Assembly (NCBI GenBank): GCA_963636105.1 | Contig: CAVHIG010000002.1 | Coordinates: 1-57,856, forward strand | Length of the DNA stretch: 57,856 nucleotides | Reading direction: 5' to 3' | Source of the DNA: Anaerovoracaceae bacterium | Lineage (GTDB): Bacteria; Bacillota; Clostridia; Peptostreptococcales; Anaerovoracaceae | Shown here: positions 39,009 to 46,032 of the stretch, piece after piece | How the letters are laid out: each line of letters opens with the position of its first letter | How positions within the stretch are numbered: the stretch's first letter is position 1 | Made by a program: the position numbers and the translations under genes | Notes under the pieces: generated by a model | Databases searched by the model: none | The model's input: the letters and a program-made list of their open reading frames with translations, nothing else | Told to the model about the DNA's origin: nothing

Positions 39009-39009
39009 T

Positions 39010-39086
39010 GGTGGGTATCGTCAAGCGGTTAAGACCCAGGGTTGTGGCTCCTGTATACGTGGGTTCGAATCCCACTACCCACCCCA
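39010..39086 (+). tRNA. tRNA-His (GTG) with encoded G-1
   Basis: An extra 5' G precedes acceptor GTGGGTA/TACCCAC. Anticodon loop TTGTGGC. Discriminator C followed by CCA. Confidence 0.9.
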
Positions 39087-39114
39087 TAAAATTTAATAAT
39101 TCGTATGTTGACAT

Positions 39115-39189
39115 TGGGGTATCGCCAAGCGGTAAGGCAACGGATTCTGATTCCGTCATCCGCAGGTTCGAATCCTGCTACCCTAGCCA
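39115..39189 (+). tRNA. tRNA-Gln (CTG)
   Basis: TGGGGTA/TACCCTA acceptor, anticodon arm ACGGA-TTCTGAT-TCCGT, 75 nt with CCA. Confidence 0.9.
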
Positions 39190-39194
39190 ATTGC

Positions 39195-39269
39195 GGCGAC
39201 ATAGCCAAGTGGTAAGGCACCGGTCTGCAAAACCGTTATTCGCAGGTTCAAATCCAGCTGTCGCCTCCA
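39195..39269 (+). tRNA. tRNA-Cys (GCA)
   Basis: GGCGACA/TGTCGCC acceptor, anticodon loop CTGCAAA, discriminator T followed by CCA. The T-stem has an A-A mismatch at 51:63. Confidence 0.85.
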
Positions 39270-39277
39270 AAGAACAG

Positions 39278-39313
39278 GAGAGAAACGTTGAAATTTCAGC
39301 GTTTCTCTTTTTT
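39278..39313 (+). terminator. Rho-independent terminator after the tRNA cluster
   Basis: GAGAGAAACG ttgaaatttcag CGTTTCTCT followed by TTTTTT. Confidence 0.85.
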
Positions 39314-39401
39314 TATTATCACGGCCTGGCGCCTCTCGGCAGCTCCCACAGCCCGCTTTCAGGGCAAGCTGCGGGAGAGCTGTGGGAGAAGTGTGGGTGT
39401 T

Positions 39402-40124
39402 TTAATCCAAAACGCGTCCGTCGGTTGAGATTGTAACGACCTGCCATGGAATAAATTTGCCGCTGTTTTTCAAAGCGGTGATTGCTGCATGCTCAAGGCC
39501 GCCGCAGCAAGGTACTTCCATGCGCAGTACAGTTACGCTCTTGATATCATTGCGAGAAATAATCTCAGTAAGCTTTTGGCTGTAGTCCACATCATCAAGC
39601 TTTGGACAGCCGATAATTGTGACCTTGCCCTTCATAAATTCGTTGTGGAAGTTTGCATAGGCATATGCCGTGCAGTCTGCTGCGATGAGAAGCTTTGCAC
39701 CGTCGAAATAAGGCGCATTTACCGGTACCAGTTTTATCTGACAAGGCCACTGAGCAAGCTGCGATTGCGGCGTAAATTGCGGTGTTTGCGCGGCATTTGA
39801 AGATGCTTTGGCAGCTTCGGAGCTGCGGTCAAATTGCATCATACGCTGTCCCGGGCAGCCTGAAAATACAGGCGCAGCGCCGGAGCTTTTTTTCTTATTT
39901 TCAAGTACGGCTTTTTCATCATATTCTGCGGCTTCACGCTCTACAAAGGTGATGGCACCGGTAGGACATGTAGGCAGGCAATCTCCCAGACCGTCGCAAT
40001 AATCATCTCTCAAAAGCTTGGCTTTGCCATCGACCATGCCTATAGCTCCCTCGTGACAGGCGCTTGCGCATGCTCCGCAGCCGTTGCACTTATCTTCGTC
40101 TATGTGGATTATTCTTCTTATCAT
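39402..40124 (-). CDS. 4Fe-4S dicluster ferredoxin-domain protein with Cys-rich C-terminal domain
   Basis: CNGCGACASACHEG and CDGLGDCLPTCP cluster motifs plus C-terminal CPKLDD..VPCCGG. AGGAGG lies 8 nt upstream of ATG 40124. The longest ORF starts at 40172. Confidence 0.8.
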   Translation of the reverse strand: MIRRIIHIDEDKCNGCGACASACHEGAIGMVDGKAKLLRDDYCDGLGDCLPTCPTGAITFVEREAAEYDEKAVLENKKKSSGAAPVFSGCPGQRMMQFDRSSEAAKASSNAAQTPQFTPQSQLAQWPCQIKLVPVNAPYFDGAKLLIAADCTAYAYANFHNEFMKGKVTIIGCPKLDDVDYSQKLTEIISRNDIKSVTVLRMEVPCCGGLEHAAITALKNSGKFIPWQVVTISTDGRVLD

Positions 40125-40155
40125 TTGTATGTCCTCCTCTTTTTTATACCTTCCT

Positions 40156-40194
40156 GGAATCCTGAAGCGCAAAATTTCAACATTCAGGGATTCC
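40156..40194. promoter_or_regulatory. Inverted repeat between the ferredoxin-like gene and the Crp/Fnr gene
   Basis: GGAATCCTGAA (40156-40166) and TTCAGGGATTCC (40183-40194): 11 bp with a one-nt bulge and a 16-nt spacer. It lies in the predicted 5' UTR of the ferredoxin gene. Confidence 0.5.
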
Positions 40195-40292
40195 GATAGC
40201 TAGCGCCATATAGGTTTTTCTTGCTTTCGTGATTATAGTATAGTATGATATCTACAACAATTCGGTTGTTATAACCACAAAAGGAGACGATT

Positions 40293-40955
40293 TTGAAAAA
40301 TTTTTTAAAGAATATCAAGGCACCGCTGTTTAAAAATATGACGCAATCCGATTTGGAGGAAATGCAAGCTCTTTCATGTATGCGCAGGCGCGTTTTCGAC
40401 AAAAATGCGCTTATCTTTCAAATGGGTAGCGTGGTCCATGAAATCGGCATTGTGACGAAGGGCAGTGTAAATATTGAAATGGTGGATCTTTGGGGAAATA
40501 AGAGCATTTTGAATAATGTGGCGGCAGGACAGGTCTTCGCGGAGACCTACGCCCTTTCCCATCAGCCTATGAGAGTAGACGCCGTTGCCGCAGAAAGCTG
40601 CGAAATATTATTTCTGGATATGGACATTGCTCTTGATGAAAGAAATTCGGCATATGCATGGCACGGTAAAATGTTGAAAAATATTCTTGGGATATTTATC
40701 CAAAAAAATCAGGCACTGTCAGAACGGATATTCTGTACAACGTCAAAATCGATAAGGGGCAGAGTCTTGACCTATTTGTCGGCGCAGGGCTTGCAGGCGG
40801 GAAGCGAAACCTTCGAAATTCCCTTCGATCGACAGCAGATGGCGGATTATCTCAATCTTGACAGAAGCGCGCTCTCAAAGGAGCTCGGCAAAATGCGAGA
40901 TGAGGGCTTGATAGAATTTCGCAAAAACCGCTTTACGATTAGGCATGTGGAGTGA
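40293..40955 (+). CDS. Crp/Fnr-family transcriptional regulator
   Basis: cNMP-binding-like beta-roll plus C-terminal HTH RQQMADYLNLDRSALSKELGKMRDEGLI. TTG start 6 nt after AAGGAG. Confidence 0.85.
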   Translation: MKNFLKNIKAPLFKNMTQSDLEEMQALSCMRRRVFDKNALIFQMGSVVHEIGIVTKGSVNIEMVDLWGNKSILNNVAAGQVFAETYALSHQPMRVDAVAAESCEILFLDMDIALDERNSAYAWHGKMLKNILGIFIQKNQALSERIFCTTSKSIRGRVLTYLSAQGLQAGSETFEIPFDRQQMADYLNLDRSALSKELGKMRDEGLIEFRKNRFTIRHVE

Positions 40956-41258
40956 GGAACAAAAATCACAGCAGCTCCGTAATATACAAAGAGCTTAAAA
41001 AATTCAGCAAAGCATGGCGTTGACAGCCGTAATCGCCTGCATGGTGCTTCTTTCGAGTGACATATTACGACTGCCGCTTCCTTGGACTTGAGACGTCATG
41101 GAAGGGAAGCAGCATAGGCTTATGGTTTTCGATGAGAGCGGAGCTTGCGTGTTCAAGACTGCTGACAAAACCGGCATAAATACGCTCAGCATGGAAAGCG
41201 GGAGACTTTATTATTGCCAATTGTAATTTTAAGACAATTTGCAGCGTGCCGAGCCTTA

Positions 41259-41287
41259 TTGACAAGCAGAGCAGATGCAATTATAAT
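41259..41287 (+). promoter_or_regulatory. Consensus sigma-A promoter upstream of the rsmJ-like gene
   Basis: TTGACA (41259-41264), 17 nt, TATAAT (41282-41287). Confidence 0.7.
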
Positions 41288-41359
41288 AAAGTTGTACTTT
41301 GGATTGGCCAATAAGGAGGGGATGCCCCTGTATTCAATAATAATCCATAGAATATATCA

Positions 41360-42226
41360 ATGAGTGAAATAGTAATACAAATAGCAAAGGGCGGGCAGAG
41401 AGATGAGGCGGAGGCCTTTGCCTGCAAAAATAATATCCCTATAATCGAAGCGTCAGCAGGCGAAGTGGCAGGCGCGGAAAAGAGCTATGCTATCTCTCCT
41501 GTGAAGAAAAATATTGCCGGTCCGCAGCTTAGAGGAAAAGCCGGCAGAGCTCTCAGGGCCGCGGAAACTGCCGAGGCAGGGCTCACGCTGCGTTTTGACG
41601 CAAAAGGGGTGTCTCTTTTGGGCTATGGCCTCACATATCAGGGCGATTTTGAGGGAATGCTGCATCGCATTACAAACGGTAGGCTGGCGCACGAGCTGCT
41701 TGTGCGTGCCGCAAAATTGCCGGGTGAGAAAAGCCAAAGAAGAAGAGCGGTGGATGCTACGGCCGGTATGGGTGAGGATGCATTGCTTTTGGCAGCCTGC
41801 GGCTATGAGGTGACGCTATGCGAGCAAAATCCGGTGATCGCGCTGCTTTTAAAGGATGCGCTGCGTCGCGCAAAAAACAATCCGGAGCTTAAGGATATCA
41901 TAGCGCGGATGAGCCTTTACCAAGGTGACAGCATTGAGCTTTTGCATAAGCCTGAGACTATCTGCGCAGATGCTGTAAATCTCATATATCTCGATCCTAT
42001 GTTTCCAAAACGGCAAAAATCCGGGCTCATAAATAAAAAGCTTCAGCTTATTCAAAAGCTTGAGCCGCCATGCAATACGCAGGAGGAGCTCTTTTCAGCC
42101 GCGCTGGCTGCTTCGCCGCAAAAGATCATTGTGAAAAGACCGCTTAAAAGCCCGTATCTTGCGGATCGCGAGCCCTCATACACACTAAAGGGCAAGGCCA
42201 TTCGCTACGACTGTTATGTGCTTTAA
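41360..42226 (+). CDS. rsmJ: Class I SAM-dependent methyltransferase, RsmJ-like (16S rRNA m2G1516 family)
   Basis: VDATAGMGEDALLLA, LIYLDPMFP and IIVKRP motifs match the E. coli RsmJ (YhiQ) pattern as I recall it. Confidence 0.8.
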   Translation: MSEIVIQIAKGGQRDEAEAFACKNNIPIIEASAGEVAGAEKSYAISPVKKNIAGPQLRGKAGRALRAAETAEAGLTLRFDAKGVSLLGYGLTYQGDFEGMLHRITNGRLAHELLVRAAKLPGEKSQRRRAVDATAGMGEDALLLAACGYEVTLCEQNPVIALLLKDALRRAKNNPELKDIIARMSLYQGDSIELLHKPETICADAVNLIYLDPMFPKRQKSGLINKKLQLIQKLEPPCNTQEELFSAALAASPQKIIVKRPLKSPYLADREPSYTLKGKAIRYDCYVL

Positions 42227-42302
42227 GAGGAGAGAGTGGACGCTTTCGCAAAGGCTATTTCACGGATTTTGCGTCAATATCGATGAAAATATACTATGAT
42301 AT

Positions 42303-42348
42303 AAAAAAGGCCGGCATAGCTTGAAATTTCAAGCTATGCCGGCCTTTT
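42303..42348. terminator. Bidirectional terminator (36-nt perfect palindrome)
   Basis: GGCCGGCATAGCTTGAAATTTCAAGCTATGCCGGCC (42309-42344), flanked by AAAAAA and TTTT, between the convergent rsmJ-like and PBP genes. Confidence 0.85.
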
Positions 42349-42360
42349 AAATTTCTTGAT

Positions 42361-45300
42361 TTACAGCCATGCAGGCATGTCGTCGCCTGAGCCGCCTCCG
42401 GAATCACCGGAACCTCCCTCGCCGGAAGGAGTACCGCCGTTTCCGCCGCCATCACCTGAGCCTCCGCCCGGGTGAGTGCCTTGTGATGGGTCTGTGCCGG
42501 AACCGTTTTCGGAGCTGCCATTACCCGGAGTGTTGTTGTCAAGCCAGCCCGGCGTCTCATCAGGTGACTGGGTATCCGTTGCATTCGGATCTGTCCCGTC
42601 CTCTGTGCCCGGCTCCTCGACAGCTGAAGGATCCTTGAGCTCCATGCCATTCCAGGTGTATGTGCCGGCTGATTCTGAATCTACAGGGTAGCTTGAGGTG
42701 TCGAGGTTATGGATGCCGCAATAGTAGTGAGGAACCTCATAGGCTATATCGCCTACGGAGGAGCTTACGGCATATGGTCTCTTTACGCCAAAGGCGGTCG
42801 TCGTGTCTGTGCACCAAGGCGTAGCCAGGTAGCCTGATTCGGAGCAAATGGTCACATATGTGTGGACATTGTCATACTCTGACGGCACGGTACCCGTTAT
42901 GAAGTATTCTGATCTTACGGTGCCGCGCGAATCAAGGCTGCTCAAATCGCTTGCCAAAAGGCCGCTCTTTGTGTCGATTGTAGCGCTTGTCACGTTTGAA
43001 GGTGCGGAAGGGTAGGAGCCTGCAGGCAGACCCTCGCATACCTGTGACATTATCTTACTCCAAAGTGTCGCTGCCGCACTACTGTCTTTGGAAAGCTCTA
43101 TATTTACGTCATTTCCTATCCAAATGGCCGCTGAGTATTGCGGTGTAAAGCCGGCAAACCAAATGTCGTATTTTTCATTTGTAGTACCGGTCTTGCCTCC
43201 GACTGATCTGCCTGAGATCGCGGCGCGTGAGCCGAGGCCGTCACTTACAACGGAGCGCAATATATCTGTCATTATGAAGGCTACTCCGCTATTGAAGACC
43301 TGTGTGGAGTTTGGCTCATTTGTCAATACGGTCTCGCCCTTTCTGTTTGTGACAGAGGTGTAGGATATAGCATCTACATGTGTACCGCCATTCGGGAAGG
43401 TGCCATAGGCCGAGGCCATTTCAAGAGGAGATATGCCGACCGACATACCGCCCAGTGCCAGAGCAGCAGGGTTCATGTCGTTTGTCTCTCCGCTTTCAAC
43501 CACGCTTGTGATGCCCATTTTCTTCAGGAAATTTACTGAGTATGTAGCACCGATTTGCTGGAATACCTTGACTGAGCATACATTTACAGACTGCTGTACG
43601 GCAGATCTGAGCGTGTAGAGGCCGCGGTATGAGTTGTACCAGTTTTTCGGCCAGGTTTTGCCATTTACTACAAGTGGTGAGTCATCTATCACGCTTGCGG
43701 CTGTCAGGTAATTTCCATAGAGATTTGCATCATCGCCGCCGAGATTTTGTGTCTCACCATTTGCGGCCGCTTCGTATCCGCTTTGCAATGCAGGACCGTA
43801 TACAGCAAGAGGTTTGATTGAGGAACCCGGCTGCTGCGGATTTGTCGCTCTGTTGTAGAGGAGTCTGCCCTCAGTGCCTCTGCCGCCAACCATCGCCTTT
43901 ATTCCGCCGGTCTTGTAGTCCACGATGACCATAGCGCCCTGCGGCTGGATTACCTTTTGCTTCATGGTGTAGTGCTCGCTTGCGAGGCTTATGCTGCTGT
44001 CTCCCACTGTAAAGAAGGAAGGATTATCCGTAAAGAAGCTTGCTGATATGATGAGATTTCCGTCCTCATTTCTGGTCTTGTATTGCTGCGCGATATTTAT
44101 ATATCCGCCTTCTATGCTGTAGAATATGCCGTCTTCTATCACGTACATGTTTTTGAATTCTACACTGTAATCTGTCTCGCCACCGGCTGATGTCTTGTAG
44201 AAATTCAATCTTTGTCCCTTTTTGAGAAGCAAGTCGCCGTTTGACTGCCACTCGTATTCTGAAGGCTGAAGCGTAAATGTACCATTTGCGTCGAAGAAAT
44301 TCGATGTACTGTAGAGAAGTATCTTGCCGTTGTCACTTACGACGTTTCCCGCGCTGTCCTTATTTAAATTCTGTACGCCCGGGAAGTTTGAAGAATTGGC
44401 AAATTCCTTTTCGACAATCTTCTGCGCCTTGCTGCTCATGGTGGTATAGATATTCAGACCGCCCGTGTATACAAGCTGCTTTGCCGCTGCATATTCGATA
44501 TTTCTCTCTTCCATGAGTGCTTCTATGACATCATTTATGACATAGTCCGCAAAATATGAGGAAATTTCGGAGGTCGAATCAAGGGTCGGGTTCATGTGAG
44601 CCCGCAGGTCATCATTTGCGGCCACATCGTACTCTTCCTGAGTGAGCATAGGCTCACCGTTTCTATCCTTTTGCGCGAGCATGTTTTTCAGTACAAGCGC
44701 TCGTCTGTCAGAGGAGGCATCACCGTTGTAGATATAGGTGAATTCACTGCCTTCTGCGAGTATGTTTGGATTGTCTGCTGTGACATCCTCACTGTAGAGA
44801 CGCTTTACAAGAGCACAGGAGTCAGGCATTTTTGGAAGAGCGGCCAGTGCCGCGCATTCTAATGTTGTGAGCTCCTGCACATCCTTGGAAAAATATGCCT
44901 GTGAGGCTGCTTGCACACCGTAGGCATTGTAGCCGAGATATATGGTGTTTAGATAGGCCTCGATAATCTGCTCCTTTGTAAGGTTCTTTTCAAGAAGAAC
45001 CGTGTAATATGCTTCAGTGATTTTTCTGCTCAGTGTTCTCTCAGACTTGCTGTCCGCAAGATAAAGGTTTCTTGCGAGCTGCTGAGTGAGTGTACTTGTG
45101 CCGCTTATTCTGCCGCCGTTGAAGACAGCATCCTTTATGGCACCGAAGATACGTATTACATTGAAACCGTTGTGATCCCAGAAGGTCTTGTCCTCAATAG
45201 CCACAACGGCATTTATGAGATCATCCGGCATATCCGCTAAGGCTACATTTGTACGCAATCCCTGTCCGCTTTGGAAAACACTGTCTATGACATTTCCTTC

Positions 45301-45897
45301 ATCGTCATAGAGCACGGAATTTTCGCTCAGAAGCGAATAAATATTGTCCGGATCGATTTCGGGAGCCTTCGAAATGATCGAAAAGGTGAGAGCAGCCACC
45401 GCAATCACACAAATGAGGCAAAGTATGATGGCAAGCCTGAGCAGTTTTTTCCAATTCAGCTTGTACTTTTTATGCTTTCTGCGTCCCTTTTTCTTGCCCA
45501 TAGGAGCTCCACTTTCTGCAAAATCGTCATCATTTTGCGTCATAATTTTACTGTGCACGAAGCCTCCGGCCTTATCCGCACTGTCTCTCAGCTTGCCCTT
45601 GAGAGCGCCGAGCTTGCTTTCGGATTGCTGCTCTTCAAGCCTCTCGAGTCGGGTCTTACGCCTCTTTTCAAGCGGGGTAAGGCTTTCGTCATCTTGCGCA
45701 TTATGCGCATTTTCATATATGCGCGTCTCATCGGGAACAGCGCTGCCGCTTCCGGTGGATTTATTGAAGTCCTCACTTATTTTGTCAAATTGAGCAAAGA
45801 ATTCATCAATCTCGCGCTGCTTTTTTTCCCTATTGTAGTCGTCTGACATAGAAAATTTCATGTCTGCAATTTGTGCCACTTGGCCGCAAGGCCGCAC
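42361..45897 (-). CDS. Class A (bifunctional glycosyltransferase/transpeptidase) penicillin-binding protein, unusually long
   Basis: GT51 motifs EDKTFWDHNGF, GTSTLTQQLARN and RKITEAYY. Transpeptidase motifs SSIK and KTGTT. There is a long cytoplasmic N-terminus and a G/S/D/N-rich C-terminal tail. The start is uncertain (GTG 45897, ATG 45861 or ATG 45849). Confidence 0.9.
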   Translation of the reverse strand: MRPCGQVAQIADMKFSMSDDYNREKKQREIDEFFAQFDKISEDFNKSTGSGSAVPDETRIYENAHNAQDDESLTPLEKRRKTRLERLEEQQSESKLGALKGKLRDSADKAGGFVHSKIMTQNDDDFAESGAPMGKKKGRRKHKKYKLNWKKLLRLAIILCLICVIAVAALTFSIISKAPEIDPDNIYSLLSENSVLYDDEGNVIDSVFQSGQGLRTNVALADMPDDLINAVVAIEDKTFWDHNGFNVIRIFGAIKDAVFNGGRISGTSTLTQQLARNLYLADSKSERTLSRKITEAYYTVLLEKNLTKEQIIEAYLNTIYLGYNAYGVQAASQAYFSKDVQELTTLECAALAALPKMPDSCALVKRLYSEDVTADNPNILAEGSEFTYIYNGDASSDRRALVLKNMLAQKDRNGEPMLTQEEYDVAANDDLRAHMNPTLDSTSEISSYFADYVINDVIEALMEERNIEYAAAKQLVYTGGLNIYTTMSSKAQKIVEKEFANSSNFPGVQNLNKDSAGNVVSDNGKILLYSTSNFFDANGTFTLQPSEYEWQSNGDLLLKKGQRLNFYKTSAGGETDYSVEFKNMYVIEDGIFYSIEGGYINIAQQYKTRNEDGNLIISASFFTDNPSFFTVGDSSISLASEHYTMKQKVIQPQGAMVIVDYKTGGIKAMVGGRGTEGRLLYNRATNPQQPGSSIKPLAVYGPALQSGYEAAANGETQNLGGDDANLYGNYLTAASVIDDSPLVVNGKTWPKNWYNSYRGLYTLRSAVQQSVNVCSVKVFQQIGATYSVNFLKKMGITSVVESGETNDMNPAALALGGMSVGISPLEMASAYGTFPNGGTHVDAISYTSVTNRKGETVLTNEPNSTQVFNSGVAFIMTDILRSVVSDGLGSRAAISGRSVGGKTGTTNEKYDIWFAGFTPQYSAAIWIGNDVNIELSKDSSAAATLWSKIMSQVCEGLPAGSYPSAPSNVTSATIDTKSGLLASDLSSLDSRGTVRSEYFITGTVPSEYDNVHTYVTICSESGYLATPWCTDTTTAFGVKRPYAVSSSVGDIAYEVPHYYCGIHNLDTSSYPVDSESAGTYTWNGMELKDPSAVEEPGTEDGTDPNATDTQSPDETPGWLDNNTPGNGSSENGSGTDPSQGTHPGGGSGDGGGNGGTPSGEGGSGDSGGGSGDDMPAWL

Positions 45898-45995
45898 AAA
45901 TGCGCAGATTTTCTCCTTTCTTAAAGGAATTTTGAATAGGGCATGGAAATAGCCCTAAAAGATATTGTACCACAATATTTATATTTAGCAAAGGC

Positions 45996-46024
45996 TTGAT
46001 TTATTAGAAGAAATGTTGTAGAAT
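45996..46024 (+). promoter_or_regulatory. Promoter placed directly against the comEC start codon
   Basis: TTGATT (45996-46001), 17 nt, TAGAAT (46019-46024). The ATG at 46033 lies only 8 nt after the -10 and has no SD. Confidence 0.5.
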
Positions 46025-46032
46025 ACATTTGT

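Noticed and set aside
39008-39436. ORFs of 63-142 aa overlapping the tRNA cluster on both strands (38920-39159, 39008-39436, 39029-39220).
   Set aside because: They run straight through hand-folded tRNA genes and the terminator. These are spurious.
42309-42344. A 36-nt perfect palindrome, considered as an IS terminal repeat, recombination site or cruciform element.
   Set aside because: It is a single copy sitting exactly between two convergent stop codons and flanked by A- and T-runs. The same architecture occurs at 22326-22361. A bidirectional intrinsic terminator explains it fully.
42294-42650. A 118-aa ORF and 71-89-aa plus-strand ORFs overlapping the 3' end of the PBP gene.
   Set aside because: They are alternative frames of the G/S/P-rich low-complexity tail, where GC-rich repeats keep several frames open. 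They have no start signals.
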